Both the position numbers and the translations under genes were made by a program. Below the pieces are notes generated by a model. That model was given only the letters and a program-made list of their open reading frames with translations. It was not told where the DNA came from and did not search any database. Shown in pieces: positions 22,822 through 31,357 of a stretch of 64,000 nucleotides of DNA. The DNA comes from a bacterium (GTDB lineage: Bacteria > SAR324 > NAC60-12), in the NCBI GenBank assembly GCA_965209155.1, contig OZ242383.1, positions 2,784,001-2,848,000 of the forward strand. The letters are read 5' to 3'. Position 1 is the stretch's first letter, and each line of letters starts with the position of its first letter.

Positions 22822-24155
22822 TGACGATTATTTCATTCATTCTGGTTTTGGGTATTCTGATCTTCATTCATGAAATGGGGCATTTTCTGGCAGCCCGTCA
22901 TGTAGGGGTGAGAGTGGAAACTTTTTCCATTGGTTTTCCTCCCAGGGCAATCAGCAAGAAATATGGTGAGACCGAATACGTGCTTTCCTGGCTTCCTTTG
23001 GGAGGCTACGTACGCTTGTTTGGACAAAATATGAATGACGAAGATCCCCAGGACCCTACTAATTATGCCTCCAAGAGTATTGCCCAGCGTTTTTATATTC
23101 TGGTTGCAGGCCCTGCGATGAATTTGTTGTTTGCCTTTCTATTCATGCCCCTGGTTTACATGGCAGGAATCAGCATTCCCAAATATTTACTCGATCCCCC
23201 GGTCATTGCCACCATTCAGCAAAAAAGTTTTGCCGAAATGGTGGGATTGAAAGAAGGTGATGAGATAATTGCAATCAACAGGAACCCGGTTCGAAGTTGG
23301 GAAGAATTGCAAATGCAATTGAATTCCGTGGAAGGGAGCACCATCACCTTGGAAGTAGAAAGAGACGGGTACGTTACTTCAGTGACCGGAACCGTGGAGG
23401 AATTGAAAGAACATGGAGCCGGATGGAGCCCGCGAATTGCACCGGTTGTCGGAGGTTTTTCTGAAATCTCCGCGATCCGTGATGCAGGATTACAAATCGG
23501 AGATCGGCTATTGCGCATCGATACGCATGAAGTGAATCAGTGGGGAGATATCTCAAAAATAATTCGCCAGACTCAATCACCCTTCCACACAGAGGCGGAT
23601 GCTGCTTATTCCGGTGAAGGTCAAGCATCGGCAGGTATTCCGATTGATATTGAAGTGGAGCGCAGAGGAGAAATCCGAGTGGTTTCGGTTACTCCTGATT
23701 TCAATGTAGACACCCAGTCTTACTTACTGGGAATGACCGTTGAACAAGTGAAACAATCGTATGGCCTGGTCGATTCGGTGATGATGGGAACAGAACGGCT
23801 GATTTTCATTACCATCATGACATTTCAATTTTTAGGGGAAATCATCGCTGGTCAAGGATCCATTGACGATTTAGGGGGACCTTTGCGTATCGGGATGGTG
23901 ATTGGAGAAGCCGTGCGTATGGGACTTGCCAATGTATTTTTTTTGATGGCGGTCATTAGTTTGCAATTGGGAATTTTCAATCTTTTGCCCATTCCTGTTC
24001 TGGATGGTGGTCACATTTTTTTTCTTGTAATTGAAAAATTGAAAGGTGGTCCGCTCAGCCCGAGGACGCGGGAAAGGACTCAAATGATCGGGTTTGCGCT
24101 ACTGATGTTTTTCATGATTGCCGTGACTTACAATGATTTCTTGCACCTGCGCTGA
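22818..24155 (+). CDS. rseP: RIP metalloprotease RseP
   Basis: HEMGH, PLGGYV, two PDZ domains, NLLPIPVLDGG; start overlaps dxr stop. Confidence 0.95.
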   Translation: MMTIISFILVLGILIFIHEMGHFLAARHVGVRVETFSIGFPPRAISKKYGETEYVLSWLPLGGYVRLFGQNMNDEDPQDPTNYASKSIAQRFYILVAGPAMNLLFAFLFMPLVYMAGISIPKYLLDPPVIATIQQKSFAEMVGLKEGDEIIAINRNPVRSWEELQMQLNSVEGSTITLEVERDGYVTSVTGTVEELKEHGAGWSPRIAPVVGGFSEISAIRDAGLQIGDRLLRIDTHEVNQWGDISKIIRQTQSPFHTEADAAYSGEGQASAGIPIDIEVERRGEIRVVSVTPDFNVDTQSYLLGMTVEQVKQSYGLVDSVMMGTERLIFITIMTFQFLGEIIAGQGSIDDLGGPLRIGMVIGEAVRMGLANVFFLMAVISLQLGIFNLLPIPVLDGGHIFFLVIEKLKGGPLSPRTRERTQMIGFALLMFFMIAVTYNDFLHLR

Positions 24156-24183
24156 CCTTGGCGATTGAACGAAAATTGATTTT

Positions 24184-24205
24184 GCGCTCTGGAAAATCAG
24201 AGCGC
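24184..24205 (+). terminator. Hairpin after rseP
   Basis: GCGCTCTG-GAAAAT-CAGAGCGC perfect 8-bp stem; weak U tract. Confidence 0.4.
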
Positions 24206-24410
24206 TTAGCACTCTGATTCACCTCCCTGGTAAAGCGTTTACGATCATTATCTCCATTGGAAGAAACACTGGATTGTGGAGTGAACCTTCGCTTTTTGGC
24301 TCATGATCGTAAAGAAGCGGATCTCCCTGATAGATAGATTTTTAATTAATCTCATTAAACCACCAGCTCTGCTGGTGCGTACCTAATAGGCTTTGCCGGT
24401 CAGACATGAG

Positions 24411-24855
24411 AAACGTATCCGTGTCCGTTAGCCGTGCTCGTGCTCGTGAACGGTCAGTGAATTCGACGGCACATTTTGGTTAACATAGAAACAATGCGAT
24501 GAAGTCACTGTTTTCCTTCGTCAAATAAAGGAGGCTGGATGATCTTCAACACGTTTAAAACATAGAGAATAGCAGCGCATTCCATTGCGGAACCTCGGGC
24601 AAACGCATAGAATCGTTGCTTGTCAGGAAGGGAATTTTTTCCACAGCCTTCTGCGATATTGAGAGGAATCGACCATGAGGCCCTTTTCAGTTGGTCAACT
24701 AAGGCTGAGTATCCTTTTGACAATGTTTCGATGACTTGGACAGATAACGATAAAAATTCGATGGAACATTGGTATACATCGAGTTTTTCATGATCTAACA
24801 TGGCAGCCTTTTTCGTTCACGAGCACGAGCACGTCTTACGATGACGAACACGTTT
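24411..24855. repeat. Inverted repeat pair bracketing the four-helix gene (arms 24411-24452 and 24814-24855)
   Basis: Perfect 20-nt core CGTGCTCGTGCTCGTGAACG / CGTTCACGAGCACGAGCACG. Confidence 0.92.
24454..24801 (-). pseudogene. Four-helix-bundle (IVS-protein/Avd-like) gene with premature TGA
   Basis: HEKLDVYQ, DQLKRAS.SIPLNIAEG, ARGSAMEC; TGA at 24505-24507 where copy 2 has TTA. Confidence 0.85.
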
Positions 24856-24944
24856 TGCCCCCATCCTGGGGGCCTCTTCAAGCCACCGGCTCTGCCGGTG
24901 GTGATGACTTTTTTTACGAATCCTGCATTTTTTTCATTTGGGGG

Positions 24945-24974
24945 TTGACATTATACAAAAAAAATATATACATA
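24945..24974 (+). promoter_or_regulatory. Possible sigma70 promoter for the ABC cluster
   Basis: TTGACA at 24945 followed by an AT-rich TATACA/TACATA -10-like sequence. Confidence 0.4.
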
Positions 24975-25212
24975 TTTTGACAAAATCATGCCTTCACTAA
25001 GTTGTTTTAGTGAAAGAGAGGGTTCCCGATCGATGGAACCATATCGTGGGAGGACTTGAAAACGATCGATCCTCTCCGGGAATCTTTTTTAATGATATTT
25101 AACCAAACGGTTTTTTCAGAGACCTGAATACTTACGTTCATTCTTTTGTTAAGGAGTACCTATGGTTAAATTTTTTTGTTCTTTCAAGCTGAATAAAATT
25201 AAAGGAGAAATT

Positions 25213-27027
25213 ATGAGGAAAACGAAAAAATTGGCAGTCCTTTTAGGAGGACTGATGCTGGCAGGCGCTTTTCAGACGGTGCAGGCCAAAGATTGGACGG
25301 GTGAGGATATGACCGAGTACGCAAAGAGTCAGGGGAATCCCGTCTATGGTGGGATCGTGGTGGATACAGGCAGGGGGTATACCTCCAGCTTTGATCCGCT
25401 CATTCATCCTTCCGAGAATGAGGTGACCTGGGGTATTTATGAAACCTTTTATTCTCCTGACATCACCATGGGACCACGGGGTAGCAACGAACAACGGTGG
25501 TCGACTGAATTCATTAGCATGGATGCATCCATGGGCATGTTGGCCGAGTCTTGGGAACAAGTGGATCCCACCCATTCGAGGTTGAAGATCCGCAAGGGAA
25601 TCCACTTTTGGACGAAAGATAGTGTGGTGAGCCCCAATCCCAACCTGGAGTCGGCCTATGGGAGAGAACTCAATGCCCGTGATATATTGAAAATCTGGGA
25701 AGTCTCGAAAGATGAGGAGAGAACCCAATGGTATAATTCCGAAAAGGATTGGGTCTGGACAGCTCCGGATGATTGGACCATCGAAGTGGAGTGGAAGGTA
25801 CCGGATGCGACGGGATGGTTATGGAAGGTTTCAGCTTTGATGCGCATCACGGCCCCTGAAATGTACGAGAATGACATCAATACCGAGGACTTTAGAAATG
25901 CCTTGGGCACGGGTGCCTTTATTCCAATAGAAGATCTCCCGGGCAGCGTCACCACCTTCAAAAAGAACCCGAACTACTGGGGTATGGATCCCTTTTACCC
26001 TGAAAACAAACTTCCCTACCTGGACGGGTCGAAGATTGTCCAGTTCGCCGAGAGTCCGGCAAAGGTAGCGGCCATGCGTGCCGGCAAGCTTGACCTGTCA
26101 AAACAAGTTCCCATTATTCAGCCGGATGTCTCGAGCCTGGAGCAGTCCCACCCCCAGATAAACCACATCGCATTACGAGGGTGGCAGCGCAGCTTTTTCG
26201 TGAGGGTCGACTTGCCACCCTGGAGCGACCTCAGGGTCCGGCGTGCCGCCATGCTGGCCGTCAACCACGAAGAAGCGTTGCAGGAATTTTACCAGGGGTA
26301 TGCCCATTATCCCTCCTATCCTGCAGAAAAAGGGATGGCGCCTTATTACCTTGGCATGGACTACTTGAAAGAGCACCGCCCGGACCTGGCCAGGCTGTTT
26401 GAGTATCACCCCGAGGAGTCCAGGGCGCTGCTTACCGAAGCCGGCTATCCTGATGGTTTCGAGACCACCATGATCATCCCCGCAGATTGGCAGGAAGATG
26501 CGGAACTGTTTGCCGGCTATCTCGAGGAGGTGGGCATTCGGGTGACATTCAATGTGATGGATATGAGTGTTTATTACTCCTCAACGATGACCCCGACTCC
26601 GGATGATTCCATTTATACCGGCATGGCGATTACTGATTCCGGCGCGCCTGGTGGTGGCTTGACGGATACCATGAAGTGGCACCATGACCCCCGGGCCCCG
26701 CTGCCTTGGTATGGCGACCCTGATGCGCCAACCGCCCCTTCTGAGACACGGTGGCAGGCTGAGAAAATGAAAGCATTGCATGATTCCCTGAAGCTCGCTC
26801 CGAATCGAGAGGAGTACCAGCGCGTCTGGTACGAACTGTACCATCATGTCTACGAAACGTTGTGGAATTTGCCCTTTGTGGCCCTGGACCAGCATATATA
26901 CTGGCAACCCTGGGTCAAGGGCTTCATGGGGGATATCGGTTTTGGGGCTGGCTTTTACGCCAACTACTTCATGTGGATCGATGCCGATGAGAAGAAGCGG
27001 CTCAGCGGACGAGATGCGAACGAGTAA
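25213..27027 (+). CDS. Family 5 (peptide/nickel) ABC substrate-binding protein
   Basis: AAGGAG RBS, signal peptide, P.YGG, LAESWE, GTGAF, KNPNYW, D.RVRRA. Confidence 0.88.
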   Translation: MRKTKKLAVLLGGLMLAGAFQTVQAKDWTGEDMTEYAKSQGNPVYGGIVVDTGRGYTSSFDPLIHPSENEVTWGIYETFYSPDITMGPRGSNEQRWSTEFISMDASMGMLAESWEQVDPTHSRLKIRKGIHFWTKDSVVSPNPNLESAYGRELNARDILKIWEVSKDEERTQWYNSEKDWVWTAPDDWTIEVEWKVPDATGWLWKVSALMRITAPEMYENDINTEDFRNALGTGAFIPIEDLPGSVTTFKKNPNYWGMDPFYPENKLPYLDGSKIVQFAESPAKVAAMRAGKLDLSKQVPIIQPDVSSLEQSHPQINHIALRGWQRSFFVRVDLPPWSDLRVRRAAMLAVNHEEALQEFYQGYAHYPSYPAEKGMAPYYLGMDYLKEHRPDLARLFEYHPEESRALLTEAGYPDGFETTMIIPADWQEDAELFAGYLEEVGIRVTFNVMDMSVYYSSTMTPTPDDSIYTGMAITDSGAPGGGLTDTMKWHHDPRAPLPWYGDPDAPTAPSETRWQAEKMKALHDSLKLAPNREEYQRVWYELYHHVYETLWNLPFVALDQHIYWQPWVKGFMGDIGFGAGFYANYFMWIDADEKKRLSGRDANE

Positions 27028-27039
27028 CTGAAGAGCGTC

Positions 27040-28005
27040 GTGCAAACCTATATCATCCGAAGATTGCTGCTGGTTGTCCCCACGATGCTCATCGTGTCAC
27101 TGATCGTCTTCTTCAGCTTGCGCCTCATTCCCGGCGATGCGGTCGACTTGATGGTGGCTCAGAGTACGCATTTCGGCGGTACCAAATCCGATGAAACGCC
27201 CCGGGACATTATACGACGTGCCCTGGGGCTGGATTTGCCGGCCCATGTCCAGTTTGGAAAGTGGATGGCCGGACTGCTGCAGGGAGACCTGGGAGAATCC
27301 TTATGGACCAAAATCTCGGTAAGCGAAACCGTTTTGACGCGATTGCCCATCTCCCTGGAATTGGGTTTCCTCGCCATTGTCGTTTCGTTGACCATCGCCC
27401 TCCCGGTGGGCATGATTTCGGGGATCCGACCGGAGTCCAGGCTGGATCAGGTTCTGCGGAGCATGGCGATCCTCTTCATCTGCATTCCCGAGTTCTGGCT
27501 GGGGACGATGGTCTTGCTCTATCCCGCCCTCTGGTGGGATTGGGCGCCGCGGATGTTCTACATTTCGTTCTTTGAGGACCCCCTGGCCAACCTGGGCATG
27601 ATGATCCTCCCGGCAGCCATCCTGGGGTTGTGGCTCTCGGGGTTTACCATGCGCTTTACACGCACCATGATGCTGGAAGTGCTCGGGCAGGATTACGTGA
27701 GAACCGCCTGGGCCAAAGGACTCCGTGAGCGGGTGGTAGTGACGCGGCACGTGATGAAGAATGCGCTGATCCCGGTAGTCACCATGATCGGATTGCAATT
27801 ACCGGTCATGATTGGCGGGGCCGTGATCGTGGAGTACCTGTTTCAAATTCCCGGAATGGGTGCGCTCATTGTGGAAGCGGTCAACATTCGAGACTATCCC
27901 CTCGTCTCCGGAGCCAATTTGGTCATGGCCGCCTTCGTGCTGGTGATCAATATCGGCGTCGACCTGAGCTACGCCTGGCTCGATCCCCGCATTCGGTATC
28001 GGTAG
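27040..28005 (+). CDS. OppB/DppB-type permease
   Basis: YIIRRLL, IPGDAV, MLEVL.QDYVRTA.AKGL, LDPRIRY. Confidence 0.92.
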   Translation: MQTYIIRRLLLVVPTMLIVSLIVFFSLRLIPGDAVDLMVAQSTHFGGTKSDETPRDIIRRALGLDLPAHVQFGKWMAGLLQGDLGESLWTKISVSETVLTRLPISLELGFLAIVVSLTIALPVGMISGIRPESRLDQVLRSMAILFICIPEFWLGTMVLLYPALWWDWAPRMFYISFFEDPLANLGMMILPAAILGLWLSGFTMRFTRTMMLEVLGQDYVRTAWAKGLRERVVVTRHVMKNALIPVVTMIGLQLPVMIGGAVIVEYLFQIPGMGALIVEAVNIRDYPLVSGANLVMAAFVLVINIGVDLSYAWLDPRIRYR

Positions 28006-28086
28006 TTTTGGCGCGGTGCGGCATTCCGCTTTCGACTTCGCCAGAGAAGGTAAAAAACACTTTCAATCAAGACCAGCAAGAATTAA

Positions 28087-29049
28087 ATGGCAATCAGTAC
28101 CGAACCCCCAACCACCACAGTCGCCATACCGGCCCAACGAAAAGGAGCCCTTCGCGTGTTCTTCTCCAGGCTGTTTCGGGAGAAGAAACTGGGGGCGGCC
28201 GGGGCGGTCATCGTCCTCTTATTTTTCATCGTCGGGGTATTTGCCGATTTCCTGGCCCCCCGCGGCATGAAGGAGCGGAAACTGCGGGACCGCTTGGAGG
28301 GCCCCTCCCTCAAATATCCGCTGGGGACAGACCACCTGGGACGAGATCAGCTCAGCCGAGTGATCTATGGGGCGCAAATCTCGATGATCGTGGGAGTGGC
28401 TGCCAGTGCGCTTCAGGTGGTCATTGCCACGATATTCGGTCTGCTCTCCGGCTACTTCAGCGGGAAGTTCGACCTCCTCCTGCAACGGCTGGTCGATGCC
28501 TGGCTTTCCTTTCCAGCGCTGTTTGTGATCTTGACGGTGATGTCCCTGCTGGGACCCGGGATGGTGCAAATCATCATTGTGTTGGGCGCGTTTTGGGGCA
28601 TCGGCAATATCCGTTTGATCCGGGGCGTGGTGCTCAGCGCCAAGGAGAACCAATATGTCGAAGCCGCCCGGGCGGTGGGCTGCCCCACTTGGCGCATCAT
28701 CCTGCGGCATATCCTGCCCCAGGTTGGAGCACCGATCATTGTGATCTTTACCGTTTCTCTTGGAGGCATCATTATCTCGGAGGCCACGATCAGTTTTCTG
28801 GGATACGGAATTCCTCCGCCTCGGCCCAGTTGGGGCAGCATGTTGAGTGTTGAAGGCCGTCGGTATATGGAACAAGCCCCCTGGCTGGCCCTCTGGCCCG
28901 GTCTGTTCCTGGCCATCGTCGTCTTCGGCATCAACGTGTTTGGCGACGCCCTGCGGGACCTGCTCGATCCGCGGCTGAAAAACCTCGGACGCTTTGGTGA
29001 CGCCAAAAAGCTTGCCAGAAAACTCAAAACCCGGTTGATCGGGAAATAG
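28087..29049 (+). CDS. OppC/DppC-type permease
   Basis: LGTDHLGRD, YVEAARAVG, PSWG.ML, GDALRDLLDPR. Confidence 0.92.
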   Translation: MAISTEPPTTTVAIPAQRKGALRVFFSRLFREKKLGAAGAVIVLLFFIVGVFADFLAPRGMKERKLRDRLEGPSLKYPLGTDHLGRDQLSRVIYGAQISMIVGVAASALQVVIATIFGLLSGYFSGKFDLLLQRLVDAWLSFPALFVILTVMSLLGPGMVQIIIVLGAFWGIGNIRLIRGVVLSAKENQYVEAARAVGCPTWRIILRHILPQVGAPIIVIFTVSLGGIIISEATISFLGYGIPPPRPSWGSMLSVEGRRYMEQAPWLALWPGLFLAIVVFGINVFGDALRDLLDPRLKNLGRFGDAKKLARKLKTRLIGK

Positions 29050-29083
29050 AATAAAATGGGGGCACTCTGGAAAGTTTGAATCT

Positions 29084-29290
29084 TCAAGCAAGTATTTGAC
29101 GTTTCAGTTCCTCTGATGGATTTTGGAGACCTTCGAATTCCTTCAATCGTCGTCTCAACCGGTGCACTGCAACGCGGATCGTCGAATCATCTCGGTTGAA
29201 AACTTTTCCAACCTCCCGAAACGTTGCGGACTTCCAATCGAAGGCCAACAGGCCAATCATCGCGCGGGCCTCACTCAACTTTCGCGACTT
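29084..29290 (-). pseudogene. Probable C-terminal DnaA_C-like HTH remnant of a REP-associated tyrosine transposase
   Basis: SRKLSEARAMIG...TFREVGKVFNRDDSTI..AV.RL resembles the HTH tail of such transposases; no proper start; abuts a REP doublet. Confidence 0.45.
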
Positions 29291-29301
29291 CAGAGGAACC
29301 G

Positions 29302-29382
29302 TGTCATTCCTGGCTTGATCAGGAATCCAGAGGTATGCAGCCAGACTGAAATCTGGATTCCGGGTCTTCGCCTAGAATGACA
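29302..29382. repeat. REP-like doublet (GTCATTCCTGGCTTGAnCAGGAAT family)
   Basis: Shares TGTCATTCCTGGCTTGAYCAGGAATYCAGAGGTATGC with about 47363-47400 and, reversed, about 41888-41924. Confidence 0.8.
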
Positions 29383-29435
29383 TATACGCCTTAAAAAAAT
29401 AATAAAGCTACTTATCCAAACTTTCAAGCCAGACC

Positions 29436-29526
29436 CCCTTTCCAGGTAGAGCACTGCCAGGTTCACCGATTTGTGGTGAAACAGACCACCCGTTGTGAAT
29501 GACATGCAGTATTTGTCGTTACTCAT
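29436..29526 (-). pseudogene. N-terminal remnant of BrxA-like (DUF1819) protein
   Basis: MSNDKYCMSFTTGGLFHHKSVNLAVLYLE resembles DUF1819 N-termini, then runs into repeat DNA. Confidence 0.55.
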
Positions 29527-29943
29527 TCCTGTTCCGAATGTCTCTTTGTAAATGCTACTCCGCCCACTATTTATGAAGCCACAGCCCGGTTATTTCGATT
29601 TACACGAACCACAGAGCCAACTTTTCGCTTGGGCTGTACACAGCGTTTCACAACAACTTTTGTGTGTAAATTTTTTTCTTTTTCAAATATGAACAAGCGT
29701 TTTGGTGGTATTGAAAAAGTGTTGATACCATGGATTAGCTATTTGATGTTTTAGAAAGAATTCTTTATCATAAATAAAGGCAAAGTTTCAATGTATCCTG
29801 AAAAACCGAATCACTGAGTCAATTGTGGTATTAGCAGCAGGCCCCCCCGATGTGAAGGTGATCATACTTTTTTCTGTAGTGGTGATGCTGTCCTTACCAG
29901 TCGCTTGAGCAATAATCAAAAAGATTCAATAAACTTTGATCGA

Positions 29944-30294
29944 ATGAACGACATCGAAACCGCTTTCGCCAAGACTTTCAGTAATTGGAACATCCGACTG
30001 CCCTCGGATGCCGTCGAACAGAAACGACCTGGCAAAATCGAGCAGTCCGGGTGGATCATCACGTATGTGTTTAATGAAGACTACATGGACTATTACGCCG
30101 TACACCGTATGACCAATCCCAGACATATCAGAATCCATTCTGATGGACGCTGTGAGGGCCTGGCGGCACCGAGTGAAGGTTACTCCTATCCAGGAGACGC
30201 CGATGAAGCTACTCGCCAAAAAGCCAAAGAGGAGTATTATGCCTATAATCGGAAGGTATTTGCAGAGTTAGAAGCTAAAGGGTTATTGGACTAG
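29944..30294 (+). CDS. Hypothetical protein
   Basis: Plausible 116-aa ORF (DYYAVHRMTNPRH) with no recognised family. Confidence 0.65.
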   Translation: MNDIETAFAKTFSNWNIRLPSDAVEQKRPGKIEQSGWIITYVFNEDYMDYYAVHRMTNPRHIRIHSDGRCEGLAAPSEGYSYPGDADEATRQKAKEEYYAYNRKVFAELEAKGLLD

Positions 30295-30443
30295 TTGGAA
30301 GATAAGCGCGAGAAAAGTCTATTCTCTGAGCAAAAAGCAGCGTTGTTACTAATTTGAGACCTTTTGAGATCTCACCCTATTATCGAGTTGACGCAGGGGG
30401 ACAACCTGCTGAAGCATTTCGGGAATTTATCAAACAAGCGCTG

Positions 30444-31292
30444 TCAGGGATAAACGTATACGGATATCAAGTTTCCTTCGGCATCTCTGATAAAAGCCGT
30501 ATCGCCCTTGTTGTTCCAGATGGGGCGTCGACTTCCCCAGAAGAGTTCTTGTTCGCTGTTTTTGCCGAAACCCGTTCTCAAGGTCAGTTGCGTTTCGCCA
30601 GGAAGCGTGAAGTTGGGAAAGAGGTAGGGATTGCCACTGGAGGCGTCAGCAATCGTCCACCCCGTCATATCGATGGGATTCTTGCTTAGATTTTCGATCA
30701 CGATATACTCGTCATTTAAATTTCGTCTGTCATCCCCCTCCGCATCCGCATGGACGTTGACAATTTCTATAAATCGGTCTACCGCTTTCTCCCAAATTCC
30801 CAGGCCTTCCGCTCTTGCTTTTTGCTGGGCCTGGCGTAAACGCTCGCTGTATTTCGCTCCCACATGAAAGTTGATGTGGGCATGACCCTGGCGGACCAGC
30901 GCTTCATTCACAAAGGTATCGTTCACGAAGACGTAGGCCAGAATCCGGCCGTAGCTGTCTTCACGAGCACGGAGAAATTCCATGCGAATTTCACGTCCTC
31001 CGACTAAGCTATTGTTGGCCAAGGTGGCTTCCCTGGCGTGAGGATCCCCTTTTTCCGGCGCATTGATACCAAGATAACGGACACGACGTTCATCCTCCAA
31101 CAGACAGGTGTCCCCATCGATGACTTGCAGGACGGTTGCCGTCTCGGCTTTTACTGTCCCCAGGAAAAACAAACCCCACAACGCCACCAAGACAAACCTG
31201 AAGAGTTTGGTCCTAAAATACTCATTACCAATTACATTCATATTCAAATCTCTAAGTCGACTCTTATCGTTTCCAGTTTGGTGTTTTTTCAT
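30444..31292 (-). CDS. Exported thermonuclease (SNase) fused to a lamin-tail domain
   Basis: VIDGDT, VRYLGINAPE, DSYGRILAYV, then NDEYIVIEN...DMTGWTI.D and WNNKGDTA; start uncertain. Confidence 0.88.
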   Translation of the reverse strand: MKKHQTGNDKSRLRDLNMNVIGNEYFRTKLFRFVLVALWGLFFLGTVKAETATVLQVIDGDTCLLEDERRVRYLGINAPEKGDPHAREATLANNSLVGGREIRMEFLRAREDSYGRILAYVFVNDTFVNEALVRQGHAHINFHVGAKYSERLRQAQQKARAEGLGIWEKAVDRFIEIVNVHADAEGDDRRNLNDEYIVIENLSKNPIDMTGWTIADASSGNPYLFPNFTLPGETQLTLRTGFGKNSEQELFWGSRRPIWNNKGDTAFIRDAEGNLISVYVYP

Positions 31293-31357
31293 TTTTTTAT
31301 TCAACTATTTTTTCGTATCCTTTTTCAGGAGGAATTGCAAAATCCTTATCTCGAACT

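Larger units (their letters stand above)
24342..24909 (-). mobile_element. 568-bp putative non-autonomous element, copy 1 (hairpin ends plus four-helix-bundle cargo)
   Basis: Same as 48234-48801 except 8 substitutions, with unrelated flanks; hairpins at 24361-24377 and 24883-24901. Confidence 0.8.

Noticed and set aside
24505..24507. TGA as selenocysteine or recoded codon
   Set aside because: It aligns with Leu (TTA) in the intact copy, not Cys, and TGA is a normal stop in many genes here.
28219..29091. Long antisense or alternate-frame ORFs (also 28008-28853, 34537-35223, 40429-41205, 59438-60121)
   Set aside because: Shadow ORFs overlapping well-supported genes, with no recognisable motifs.
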